A stretch of DNA of 63,212 nt, filler included, from Octopus bimaculoides (lineage: Eukaryota), in the NCBI RefSeq assembly GCF_001194135.2. It is 5 parts of 5 records of this genome, joined end to end, with 100 filler letters (N's around TTAATTAATTAA, not from the genome) between each part and the next. Parts side by side here need not be neighbours in the genome. Positions count along the whole stretch, not along the records: positions 50,474 to 59,027 come from NC_068998.1; positions 59,128 to 63,212 come from NW_026413488.1; 3 more parts are not named here. One strand, written 5' to 3'. Shown here piece by piece: positions 50,845 to 63,170 of this stretch; position 1 is the first letter of the stretch, and the number at the start of each line of letters is the position of its first letter. A program made the translations under genes and the position numbers. The notes below the pieces were generated by a model, which saw only the letters and a program-made list of their open reading frames with translations, was not told the origin of the DNA and searched no databases.

Positions 50845-51263
50845 CATCACCATCATCATTGTCATCGTTGCCATCGTCGTCGCTGCGCACGTCGTCATCG
50901 TCATCATCGTCATCATCATCTTCAACTTCATCGCCACCGCCATCAAGTGTTCGTAATCATCATCGTCATCACCATCATCATCATCATCATCATCATCACC
51001 ATCATTATCATCATCATTTTACCATCATCATGTCATCATCATCATCATCGTCATTATCTCCATCTTCATCACGACCACCACGTCCACCATCACCATCATC
51101 ACCATCATCATCATCATCAACACCACCACCATCATCATCGTCATCATCATCGTCATCATCATCGTCATCGTCATCATCATCGTCATCATCATGATCATCA
51201 TCATCATCATCATCATCATCATCTACAACTTCATCACCACCACCACCATCATCATTACTATTA
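50845..51263. repeat. Imperfect (CAT/CAC/CGT)n trinucleotide low-complexity tract
   Basis: Read directly; it produces the poly-His, poly-Ser, poly-Asp and poly-Met ORFs in the track. Confidence 0.9.
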
Positions 51264-51539
51264 TGAATCTTTCTTCCAATTTTCTGTCTATTTTTTCTTC
51301 CGAGTGTCTTCCCGACACCTAGAAGACTAAAAAAACTCAGTGTATACATTATTTGACCGTTGACTTAAACAGAGTGTTCATTTTCAAAATCAAATGAAGT
51401 TATGTGAAGAAGGAAAGAAAAAGAAAAACAAAAGTTTACATGGATAGTAATCGTTCTCACTACGAGAACGATTACCACCCATACAAAACTTTCAGGTGAC
51501 CTACCAGTTAAAACGATCATCCGCATTTCTTGCAAATAC

Positions 51540-51860
51540 TAATCTAAGGATCATTTCCAAATAATTTCCAGTTCCTGTTTTGATCATTGCAAGTGCTCCA
51601 ATACCTACTGGTATTGTAACCGCCTCGGGATGCCATATTGTTTTCGATTTCGAAGAGCAAATCTTTATATTTTATGAGCTTGTCAAATTCTTTTGCTCAG
51701 GTATTACGATCACAAGAAATGCTCATGTCGATCAATAAGCAGACTTTATTGTTTTGGTCTTTTACAGCAATAACCGGTTTATTAGCTTTGATGGTTCTGT
51801 CTGTATGTACCGGAAAGTCACAAAGAATCGTTACATTGTCTATGTCAGGCTGAAAATGTA
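51540..51860 (-). mobile_element. RLE-type (R4/Dong/NeSL-like) LINE endonuclease remnant, second family
   Basis: The minus strand reads VTILCDFPVHTDRTIKANKPVIAVKDQNNKVCLLIDMSISCDRNT*AKEFDKLIKYKDLLFEI...PVGIGALAMIK, matching ILWDF.IQTD..I.ANRPDIV...C.LID...K.SKYKDL..E. Confidence 0.8.
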
Positions 51861-51906
51861 ACGATAATAATATTGTTTGAAGCTAGTATTTTTTAAGAGT
51901 GATATA

Positions 51907-52190
51907 CATGGTCTTATCAATAAATATCTAGACGGTTGCCGTAGTAACGAAACTAAAGGATGCAGAGTAGAGCCGCTTAGCACAGATTGACCCTGGGCTC
52001 TGTTGTGCAGGTGCACTAAGTTTTAACGTCCTAGCTCACTTACACTGTTTACAGCAGTGCTTGGAAGGAAGGTGTGTAGCGTGTGATCGTCGCATTGATC
52101 ATAACAGAGAAAGTTAAGCAGAGAATCTGCATCAAATTTTGCCAAAAGCTTGGCGATGCCTGCTCAGAAGCCTACGCAAAGTTTTCAAAC
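51907..52190 (+). mobile_element. Tc1/mariner 5' fragment
   Basis: Starts after a TA with CATGGTCTTATCAATAAATAT. Positions ~52108-52190 encode EKVKQRICIKFCQKLGDACSEAYAK, the mariner N-terminal QR..IKFC..LG motif. Confidence 0.65.
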
Positions 52191-52194
52191 GGAT

Positions 52195-52311
52195 TAAGTC
52201 GATCATATCGACCCAGTGCATAACTGGTACTTATTTAATCGACTCCGAAAGGATGAAAGGCAAAGTCGACCTCGGCGGAATTTGAACTCAGAACGTAGCG
52301 GCAGACGAAAT
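52195..52311 (-). mobile_element. SINE family B, reverse, running into a gap
   Basis: Near-exact reverse complement of 21530-21650. Confidence 0.8.
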
Positions 52312-52483
52312 NNNNNNNNNNNNNNNNNNNNNNNNNNNNNNNNNNNNNNNNNNNNNNNNNNNNNNNNNNNNNNNNNNNNNNNNNNNNNNNNNNNNNNNNN
52401 NNNNNNNNNNNNNNNNNNNNNNNNNNNNNNNNNNNNNNNNNNNNNNNNNNNNNNNNNNNNNNNNNNNNNNNNNNNNNNNNNNN

Positions 52484-52900
52484 CACGATTCACTGGGTAC
52501 CCTCTGGCCAGACGGTGAACAAGGTGTAGATTTTGTGGAGGTTTTGAGGTCGCTTAAGAAAAGGTCTCGTAGTAAAAACGCGAGAGAACCTACACCAGGA
52601 CAGTACACCAGTAACTGCTTGACCGAGATTGGCATCAAAACTGTCCATCCGCCCTGCAGTCCAGATTTTGGCCCCCTGTGTCTTGTCGTTTACTTCCCAA
52701 GCAAAACGAAACGATTAAGGAGCTTCTGATTATGATTTTGAACATCCTCACTTTGGAGAGACTTCCACAGGGCCCCCACGAAGGGGCTGGAGTGCTTCAG
52801 TAAGTGAATTGAAGTCAGAGGTTTCTACTTTGCAGGAGATTAGAGTTTTGTAGTTCTTTGAAATTAATAAATGTTTCACCTGAAAAAACTTCTGGAATGT
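52484..52900 (+). mobile_element. mariner transposase catalytic-domain remnant
   Basis: Joined frames read IHWVPSGQTVNK...VEVLR...LHQDSTP...CLTEIGIKTVHPPCSPD.APC (YSPDLAP.D motif) and end ...KCIEVRG.YFAGD*. It is frameshifted and may not be the same family as 51907-52190. Confidence 0.75.
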
Positions 52901-52984
52901 TCCTTCTATGCGTACATATATGTAATATGTAATAGACGTATGAATGAATGCGTGTGTAATAATTCACAGGATCAGACACGCACG

Positions 52985-53046
<62 letters not shown>

Positions 53047-53090
53047 CATACATACACACGTGTGAATGTATACATACATAGTTACATACA

Positions 53091-53139
<49 letters not shown>

Positions 53140-53677
53140 NNNNNNNNNNNNNNNNNNNNNNNNNNNNNNNNNNNNNNNNNNNNNNNNNNNNNNNNNNNNN
53201 NNNNNNNNNNNNNNNNNNNNNNNNNNNNNNNNNNNNNNNNNNNNNNNNNNNNNNNNNNNNNNNNNNNNNNNNNNNNNNNNNNNNNNNNNNNNNNNNNNNN
53301 NNNNNNNNNNNNNNNNNNNNNNNNNNNNNNNNNNNNNNNNNNNNNNNNNNNNNNNNNNNNNNNNNNNNNNNNNNNNNNNNNNNNNNNNNNNNNNNNNNNN
53401 NNNNNNNNNNNNNNNNNNNNNNNNNNNNNNNNNNNNNNNNNNNNNNNNNNNNNNNNNNNNNNNNNNNNNNNNNNNNNNNNNNNNNNNNNNNNNNNNNNNN
53501 NNNNNNNNNNNNNNNNNNNNNNNNNNNNNNNNNNNNNNNNNNNNNNNNNNNNNNNNNNNNNNNNNNNNNNNNNNNNNNNNNNNNNNNNNNNNNNNNNNNN
53601 NNNNNNNNNNNNNNNNNNNNNNNNNNNNNNNNNNNNNNNNNNNNNNNNNNNNNNNNNNNNNNNNNNNNNNNNNNNNN

Positions 53678-53745
<68 letters not shown>

Positions 53746-53915
53746 CTCTCTCTCTGAAAATTAATCCAGTAAAACCACATCTGGTTTATGTATTGATTAT
53801 TCTAAAATGTTGTTTGCTCTTCCGCCCCTGACTCCGCCCCCACCACTACCTTTCACATTTACATCCCCGCAACTCCCCCCTCTCTACCCATCTCTCTCTT
53901 TCTCTTTCTTTCTTC

Positions 53916-53956
<41 letters not shown>

Positions 53957-54090
53957 TTCCTTTCTTTCACTTTCTCTGCCTCTCTGTCTATCTACCTCTC
54001 TCTCCCACTACACCTTCCTTTCTCTTTATATCTCTCTCTATATTCATTGCGTATATTTCTTCGTTTCACATAAGCATGCTTTTAATCATA

Positions 54091-54141
<51 letters not shown>

Positions 54142-55013
54142 CATCTATCTATCTATCTATCTAACTAACTATTTATCTGTCTAACTAGAGATAGATAGGT
54201 AGATAGATATAAAATGCATTAAATACTAAAAAAACATACACATAGGACAGACACAAAAAGAAGGTAAAGTTCGATCCCCTGCTCGTCTAAAAATATTTTC
54301 GGCATTTTTTTTTTTTAATGAAAAAGCTTTTCCCTTCGTTTTTAAGTGCATGGTGCCAAAAAAAAAAAAAAAAAAGAAATAGACATTGGCCAAAATCAGC
54401 CCAGAAAAAGAGGTGGGCGAAAAAAAAAATGGGAAGATCCCTCTCAAAACAGAGTAAGTCCAACATATGTGGGCGTCCTGATCCGAAACTCCGCCAGTGA
54501 TTGTATCTAGAATATTGGACACAGGCTGTGCGGTTAACCAATTGGAGAAGATGTTCTCCTGGGGTATAAAAAATTGTAATAACGTAGTTCCGTACAGAAC
54601 TGCCATGTTGGAGTGGCAACAAACATTACGTGTCAGTATTGCGCATAAGGAGCTTACATCTCTTATAGAGATTTTAGTGCTAACTACTTTGCTTCCTCTT
54701 TTACTTGTTTCAGTCATTTGACTGCGGCCATGCTGGAGCACCGCCTTTAGTCGAGCAAATCGACCCCAGGACTTATTCTTTGGAAGCCTAGTACTTATTC
54801 TATCGTTCTCTTTTGCCTAACAGCTAAGTTACGGGGACGTAAGCACACCAACATCAGTTGTCAAGCGATTGTGAGGGGGGACAAACACAGACACACAAAC
54901 ATAGACACACACACACATATATATATATATCTATTCCCGAGCGTTAAACTAATACATCCTTTTGTTGTTTACACCACCTGTCCTCGTTTGTTGTTTTTTT
55001 CGTAAATTCTCCC

Positions 55014-55044
<31 letters not shown>

Positions 55045-55431
55045 GGCGTAGGAGTGGCTGTGTGGTAAGTAGCTTGCTTACAACCACATGGTCCCGGGTT
55101 CAGTCCCACTGCGTGGCATCTTGGGCAAGTGTCTTCTACTATAGCCTCGGGCCGACCAAAGCCTTGTGAGTGGAATTGGTAGACGGAAACTGAAAGAAGC
55201 CCGTCGTATATATGTATATATATATGTATGTATGTGCGTATGTGTTTGTGTGTTTGCGNNNNNNNNNNACCGATGCTGGTGTGTTTATGTCCCCGTAACT
55301 TAACGGTTCGGCAAAAGAGACCGATAGAATAAGTACTAGGCTTCTAAAGAATAAGTCCTGGGGTCGATTTGCTCGACTAAAGGCGGTGCTCCAGCATGGC
55401 CACAGTCAAAAGATTGAAACAAATAAAAGAG

Positions 55432-55433
<2 letters not shown>
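55045..55433 (+). mobile_element. SINE family A, young full-length copy between (TA)n runs
   Basis: Closest to the family consensus. It is flanked by a reverse tail (54690-54915) and a reverse head (55463-55600). Confidence 0.85.
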
Positions 55434-55464
<31 letters not shown>

Positions 55465-55715
55465 AAATCCACTCACAAGGCTTTAGTCGGTCCGAGGCTA
55501 TAGTAGAAGACACTTGCCCAAGGTGCCACGCAGTGGGACTGAACCCAGAACCATGTGGTTGGTAAGCAAGCTACTTACCACAAAGCCACACCTGCGCCTG
55601 CTTGTTAACAAAAAAAAAAGAAACATAACTTGCAGGGAATTAGATAAGAGAACGTTAGCATGCTTTATGTATAAAAGTGCCGCGTGCGGTCACTCACCTA
55701 CATACGTATGCGTGT

Positions 55716-55748
<33 letters not shown>

Positions 55749-56289
55749 AGCTAACTGCTTAAATATATCCCTTGACTTACGTATTCAATTTCACAGACAA
55801 AAAAGATGCATAAAAAAATAATTTTTTTAAAAATTCATCAACCAAGGGAGGCAACTGTATGCAAGAAAGTTTCTAGTTATCTCCCTTGTAGTTATCTCCG
55901 ATGCTAGTCAATTTTTTCCATTGTGACGTTATAAACATGTTGCTAGGTTACCAAATTATACCGGAAGACCATAACTTCTCCGTAAAGGTATTATTTTAAG
56001 CTATACTACGGCTATTACTGATTCGCTTTTTGTTAGTAAAGGGTGAGACATTCCGGAGACCCGTCATTCGAATTCACTCACAGCAGTGTACGGCTGTTCA
56101 GTGTTCTGTTACCAGAGGAGATTTTTTTATATGTGTGACGATGGTAATGTAGTCAACGAAGGAAAGATAATGGATCGTAAGTTTTGTTGACAAATATTAT
56201 TTAAACGGGGAATTGTTTTTGTTTGCCTGTGTCCCGCCACTTCACCGATTAGAAGAGACACGTTCGTCTCAGAAGTGAAAAGTTGACGA

Positions 56290-56323
<34 letters not shown>

Positions 56324-56556
56324 GGTGGTGGTGGTGGTGGTNNNNNNNNNNNNNNNNNNNNNNNNNNNNNNNNNNNNNNNNNNNNNNNNNNNNNNNNNNN
56401 NNNNNNNNNNNNNNNNNNNNNNNNNNNNNNNNNNNNNNNNNNNNNNNNNNNNNNNNNNNNNNNNNNNNNNTGTTGTGTGTATGTGTATGTGAGTGATGTA
56501 TGTGTGCTTGTGTGTGCATGTCGAAGTGCGTGTATGTATATGTGTGTGTGTGTGTG

Positions 56557-56601
<45 letters not shown>

Positions 56602-56731
56602 GTCTGTCTGTCTATCTGTCTGTGTGTCTGTCTGTCTGTCTATATATTCATGCATATATAAAAATTTAAATAAAACCTAGATATGTTTCGACCTAAGATG
56701 GATCCAGGCCATGTCTAACTTAAAAGCACCA

Positions 56732-56812
<81 letters not shown>

Positions 56813-57028
56813 ATGTATGTATGTATGTATGTACGTATGTATGCATGTATGTATGTATGTATGTATATAAAATATAAAAATGGGGACAACAAAATATCCT
56901 GACAGACGATACAAGGAAAACAAGGACGGGTCATTCGGAGTTTTCTGTCCTCAGTCGACTTCTAGATGATCGTTGGAATTTCGGATATATGTATATATAT
57001 GTGTGTGTGTGTGNNNNNNNNNNATATG

Positions 57029-57084
<56 letters not shown>

Positions 57085-58046
57085 TAATGTCTCTGTTTGA
57101 CAACCAATATTGGTGTGTTTACGTCGCCGTACACGTAGCGGCTCGACCAAAGAACCGATAGAATAAGTGCTAGCTAGGCTTACATAGAGTACGTCCTGGA
57201 AGTCGATTTGTTCGGCTAAAGGTGGTGCTCCAGTATGGCCGCAGTCAAATGACTGAAACAATTAAAAGAATAAAAGAATAAATGTAGATTTTTCTTTTCC
57301 TGAAAAAATGTGTATACATTTTTTTTTTTTTTTTTTTTTTTTGTTGGACCCTAAAGAAACCCTATCAATCAAGTTATACTTTCAACTTTCGTCCGTCTTC
57401 TGCTTCAAACCCTGCGAACCTGCAGTGGGAGTGAAGAGCAGTCTGAGAGAAGGAATGTCAGAAATCCCTTGGTAATGGACAAGTCTCAGAGAGATGGCAG
57501 CCATCTTAGTAGATAGAGCAGTCACTATGTACTCATACGTAGTCCTTTTGTTTAGCAAACCCCTTGCCTTCAGTCCCAACAGACGCCCACTGTCCAATTT
57601 GTAGCAGAGCCTTACAATCAGGTATCACTCTGATTGGCCGCAGCCGGACACTCCGCGGCCCCTTCTCCTCCCTTGTATGTGATGTTCTTGGTCATCGTCG
57701 ACAACGACGGAAGAACTAAAATGACATAGCGTAGCCCTGATGGAACAGAATCCGAGGCTGTGCTCGTTTATATTTCTATTCAGAGACTATATATTGAAAA
57801 CCTCCTCATATTCGCACTTCTGATTAGCTACTATTTCTAGCAAGTTGAACGGTGTGTTTGGACAAAGAAGCCCGTAACTTCGTGGATGTTTTAAAACTCA
57901 ATTTCAAGTTATTTCCCTTACATCTGGAACATTTGATTGTTAGAGTTATCTCCCTTAGGTATAGTTTACCATTTGAATCATTGAAGTTTTATTTCACTCA
58001 CAATGCACACACACACACACACACATTGTTTTATTTTTTAATTCAT

Positions 58047-58457
58047 TTTTACTTGTTTCAGTCGTTTGACTGCGGCCATGCTGGAGCACCACTTTGAAGG
58101 TTCTTAGTCAAACAAATCGACCCCAGGACTTAATTTTTAAAGTGTAATGCTTATTCTATCGATTTCTGTTCTGAACCGCTAAGCTGCGGAGACGTAAACA
58201 TACCAACACCGGCTATCAAGCGATGATGGGGGGGTATAAATACACACACACACATGTACACACACACACACACACACACACACAAATATATATATATGAT
58301 GGGCTTCTTTCAGTTTCCGTCTACCAAATCCCCTCACAAGCTTTTATTCGTTCGGCCCGAAGCTATAGTAAAAGACACTTGCACAAGGTGCCACGCAGTG
58401 GGACTGAACACAAAACCATGCGGTTAAGAAGCAAGCTTCTTACCACAGAGTCACGCA
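58047..58457 (-). mobile_element. SINE family A, full length, reverse
   Basis: Reverse complement of head and tail. Confidence 0.8.
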
Positions 58458-58534
58458 TGAGTTAATACCTTCTTATATGTAAAGTTATATACACAACATG
58501 TCAAGCATTAAATTGTAGGATCACATATTCTTTT

Positions 58535-58830
58535 CTACTCTAAGCACAAGGCCCGAAATTTTGGGGGAGGGGGCCAATCGATTACATCGACCGCAGTGCA
58601 TAACTGGTACTTAAATTATCGAAAGGACGAAAGGCAAAGTCGACCTGGGGGGAATTTGAACTTAGAACGTAGTGGCAGACGAAATACCGCTAAGCATCAT
58701 CGTAACTTAACGGTTCGGCAAAAGAGAACGATAGGATAAGTACTAGACTTGCAAAGAATAAGACCTGGGGTCGATTTACTCGACTAAAGGTGGTGCTCCA
58801 GCATGGCCACAGTCAAATGACTGAAGCAAG
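58535..58830. mobile_element. Reverse SINE B fused to a forward SINE A tail
   Basis: Family B reverse sequence to ~58697 switches abruptly to GTAACTTAACGGTTCGGCAAAAGAG, the family A tail. Confidence 0.65.
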
Positions 58831-58832
58831 TA

Positions 58833-58867
<35 letters not shown>

Positions 58868-59027
58868 TATATTTATAATTATAAATATATAGGGATTGAC
58901 AGTAACCTGCTTCTCCAACATACTGAGAATTCAGAAATAGCAGTCAAAGAACTGAGCTACCCGGCAAAATTGTTGATTATTAATTTTATTACTAATTGAC
59001 GATTCCCTGCCCTGCATATCTATATAT

Positions 59028-59127
59028 NNNNNNNNNNNNNNNNNNNNNNNNNNNNNNNNNNNNNNNNNNNNTTAATTAATTAANNNNNNNNNNNNNNNNN
59101 NNNNNNNNNNNNNNNNNNNNNNNNNNN
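59028..59127. other. Artificial scaffold linker
   Basis: 44 N + TTAATTAATTAA (59072-59083) + 44 N. Confidence 0.95.
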
Positions 59128-59449
59128 TATATATGGGAGTATTTACGAAAAAAACAACATACAAAGACAGGTGGTGTAAACAACAAATAGAAGAAAGCTC
59201 GGGAATAGAGAAAGTCTTTGACGTTTCGTGCTACGCTCTTCAACTGAAAGGAACACAGAAAGAAATAAGGAGAGAAACAAGGAGAAACACAATATAAATG
59301 TAGTGGTCAGCGATCTATCATGTATGTATGTATGTATGTATGTATGTATGTATGTATGTATGTATGTATATATGTATGTATGTATGTATACACAGACACA
59401 GACACACACACATATATACATATATATATAAACCCCTATTTAGTTCCTT

Positions 59450-60115
59450 GACAATGAATTTAGTGTTTGTATCGATCGGGAGAGTCTATAAGTTTCTGGT
59501 TTATCCGACAGAGCAAAAAAGTGCAAATGCAGTGCAGTTTTTTAAACCTAGAAATAATCCTGGAGGGGCCCTGTTCGATTGAGCCCGTTTTGTTGAAGTA
59601 TTTAATGTGCCTAATCCTTTGAAGAAGATCCCTTTCAAATTTAGCCAGTGAGGGTTTGGGAGTATGATTTTTATAGAGTTTTAAGTTGTAATAATCCTTA
59701 TCCTCGGCTTTGCGAGAAGTATTTGATCTGCTGTTGTAGAAGAAAGCCTTCTGACTCATCCGTACAATGAAGTCATTAGTTTTCTGTGATAATAGTTCTG
59801 TAGTTACATGTAAAGATAGGAGAATAGAGTTACCTTCTCGAGCCATACCGGATATCCGGTCTCCATTGCGTATATATTCCCCACCTGGATGGGACACCGG
59901 ACCGTGGCAGGATTACTCACTTTTTGCAGTTGAGTGGAGTGGTGTAACGTGAAATTAAATGTTTTGCTCAAGAACACAACGCGTCATCCTTTCCAGGAAT
60001 CGAAACCACAATTTTATGATCATGAGTTCAACACCCTAACCGCTAAGTCATGGGCCTCCACTCCATGTAAAGATCCTTGGATAGAATTGGTATACCCTTA
60101 GTAGAAGTGCCTGAA
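59450..60115 (-). mobile_element. Penelope-like retroelement ORF 5' remnant, split by a SINE
   Basis: After removing the SINE, the minus strand reads STKGIPILSKDLY..TELLSQKTNDFIVRMSQKAFF...YNLK...FERDLLQRIRHIKY...FALSDKPETYRL. This resembles the PLE pre-RT pattern KNIPIPS...F..RMRWKA.F...FE.DL..MI..I.F...ADKT. Confidence 0.6.
59818..60063 (-). mobile_element. SINE family C with an 11-bp target-site duplication
   Basis: CATGTAAAGAT at 59807-59817 and again at 60064-60074; tRNA-like head at the right end. Confidence 0.8.
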
Positions 60116-60582
60116 AATTGCTTATCGATGTTAAGGGTAGTCTATAAGTTGCGCTCAGTTGAGCAGAGACAATTGGTGAGACAATAGTATGCTCAGTTTT
60201 GAAAACGTATAATAGTGCTCAAAAAGAACTGCGCTTAAATTCCGGATTCTTCGTCTAGGGCAAGGCCCGCAGCATCAAGTATGGCTGTAGGAGAAATTTA
60301 AATGGAGCTGATATGACGTTAAAAATGTTAAATATGAAGTCCCAAAAATACAAAATAAAATACGAAGGAAATATATAATCTCTAAATTCGACTGCTGTTT
60401 CAGGAAGCCCTGACTTACGTAATAATCATGATAATCATAATTTGCAGATGAAATATGCAAATTATCACGAAGTCATGGGTAATCAGTTACGTAAAAATAT
60501 TCCAGTAAATCAGGCTTCCCTTATCAGGAGAAGATTGCTGTATCTGTATGTGTGTGCATGTGTGTGCGCGCGTGTGTGTGGT

Positions 60583-60635
<53 letters not shown>

Positions 60636-60777
60636 CACATTCACATACATAAATACACACATACGTACATAAAAACACACACACACACACACNNNNNNNN
60701 NNNNNNNNNNNNNNNNNNNNNNNNNNNNNNNNNNNNNNNNNNNNNNNNNNNNNTATATATATATATATATATATATA

Positions 60778-61092
60778 TCCAAGAGAAACTGTACAGTTGT
60801 GGAAATTAGCTGCCCACCGGATGTTAATATAAAGCTGAAGATCAGTGAAAAAGAAAACACCTATGCTGAACTATTGAGAAATCTGCAGTTACTCTATCCA
60901 GATTATAAGTTAGAGGTTTATACCTGTAATTATTGGACCCCCTAAGATATGTAACACACTGTCTAAATACCAATCTTGAGAAATTAGGCTTCTCAAAACC
61001 AGAAAGGGGACAGCTAATTCGAAGACTACAGAGCCAATCCATCAATGGAACTGTAATAATCTGCAAAGATTTCCAGAAGTTATTCATTTAAA
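60778..61092 (+). mobile_element. RLE-type LINE 3' end with (TACA)n downstream
   Basis: RNCTVVEISCPPDVNIKLKISEKENTYAELLRNLQLLYPDYK..FIPVIIGPLRYV...LQSQSINGTVIICKDFQK, with two frameshifts; homologous to 5520-5860. Confidence 0.8.
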
Positions 61093-61304
61093 TATATGAG
61101 CATGTCTAGATATATAACTGAGAATACATACATAAAACATACAAATCAGCACATACATACATACATACATACATACATACATACCCTGTCGTTGGTGTTG
61201 AAATTACAATGAAGGAACCTGGGATCTAGGTTAGAAACCGGTTCTTTCTCTATTGGCAATAAATCTTGAAATAAACTGGATAATGGCATACATACATATA
61301 CGTG

Positions 61305-61592
61305 GACGGACCAAAGCCTTGTGAGTGCATTTGGTAGACGGAAATTGAAAGAAGCCCGTCGTATATATATATATATATACGTGTGTATATATTTGTGTGT
61401 GTGTCCCCCCCCCCACCATCGCTTGACAACCGATGTTGGTGTGTTTACGATCCCGTCACTTAACGGTTCGGCAAAAGTCCCCGATAGAACAAGTACTAGG
61501 CTTAGAAAGAATAAGTCCTGGGGGCGATTTGATCAACTAAAGGCGGTGCTCCAGCATGGCTGAAGTCAAATGACTGAAACAAGTAAAAGAAT
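61305..61592 (+). mobile_element. SINE family A, 5' truncated
   Basis: Begins at GACCAAAGCCTTGTGAGTG and has a full tail. Confidence 0.8.
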
Positions 61593-62397
61593 AAAAGAAT
61601 ATATACATACATACACACATATATACATACAAAGATACATACACATATATACATACACACATACATACACACATGCATACATACATGCATGCATACATAC
61701 ATACATACATACATACATACATACATGCATGCATACATACATACATACATACATGCATACATACATACGTACATATCCTGTTCTTTATATTCAGTTACAA
61801 TATAAAGACGGAACTATGAAAGAAGTGATTTCAGCCAAAACAATCCCTTCATTGTTTGTGTCTCTCTTTACCAACTCCTCCTCTTCCTCCTCCTTGTTAC
61901 TCCCCACTCGCACGATCCCTCCCACCACCCTTAATCTCTTTTTTTTTTCTTTCAATTACCACGCCTTTTCCATAATATTCGCATTATTTATTATATATCA
62001 CATTTCTTGAAGAGAAAAACGTAGCCGGAGAATTCTACAAGCCCAACCACTTGTACATTGCCTTTATGAGAGTGACACTGCAACTGACAAAGGACTGTGT
62101 GTGCAACTCGGGCGGAGTAGATATCACAGGGGACTTCGTTCCAGAGCAACTGTTTATCAGGTTTCGTGCCCTTCTAATGTTTACATCTTTCTACCGAAAG
62201 ATACATAAACACACACACGCATACACACTTAGCCTCTCTTTCTCTCACACACACTTAATCTCTCTTTCTCACGCAAACACGCACACATATACACACATAC
62301 AAATACATACATGCATGCACATCACCTACCCCACAAACTTACATATATATATTCTTTTATTTTTTATTCATTTACTTTTATTCATTCACACACACAC

Positions 62398-62437
<40 letters not shown>

Positions 62438-62889
62438 GGCGGGCTTCTTTCAGTTTTCGTCTACAAAATCCACTCACAAGGCTTTGGTCAGTTCGAGGAT
62501 ATAGTAGCAGATATTTGCCTAAGGTGCCACGCAATAGGAGAGAACCCGGAACCATGTATTTCGGGAGCAAACTTCTTAGCACAAAGCAACATAGATTATT
62601 TCTCTTTTCGTTTTAACTTTTTACTATTCTTTTCCTTCTCCCTGGATCTTTCCTCGTTACTCTCTCTGACGAAGAACCATGCTCGAAACGTCACACTCTC
62701 CACTTTTCCCTATCTTAATCAAAGCGTTACCCTAATACATTTACTATGCATGTCCTTTTGATTTTTGTTGTTTTTGCCCGGACTTGTGCCTCGGATGGGG
62801 AACGTTCTAGGGAATCCTATGGTCATTCATAACCGAAGGGGATCTCTCTCTTTCTCTGTTTACCTATCTGTCTGTCTGTCTCTCTCTCT

Positions 62890-63138
62890 TTCCAGCAGTC
62901 ACCCATGCATACCAGTCTGCCCTCTCCACCCCACCGATGTTATCCAAGGGAAAGGCAAAAACTGATACAGCTTGGCACCAGTGACTTCGCAACACTTTTC
63001 TACGGCTGAGTGAACTGGAGCAACGTGAAGTGAAGTGTCTTGCTCAAGAACGCAACACGCAGCCCGGTTAGGGAATCGAGCTCACTAACTTATGGTTGTG
63101 AACCCGACGCTCTGACCACTGAGCCATGCGGCTTCACG
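62890..63138 (-). mobile_element. SINE family C, reverse
   Basis: The minus strand begins GCCGCATGGCTCAGTGG...GAGCTCGATTCC...TGTTGCGTTCTTGAGCAAGACACTT. Confidence 0.8.
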
Positions 63139-63170
63139 TTTTATATATGTGGTTGAGTCAAGGTATTTGC

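Noticed and set aside
50859-51349. Poly-His, poly-Ser and poly-Asp proteins
   Set aside because: These are translations of a trinucleotide tract that is open in several frames and has no splice support.
56116-56176. Isolated 61-nt exon candidate (TTACCAG|...GGATC|GTAAGT)
   Set aside because: It has good splice signals and one open frame (RRFFYMCDDGNVVNEGKIMD) but no recognisable homology and no partner exon, so I cannot support it.
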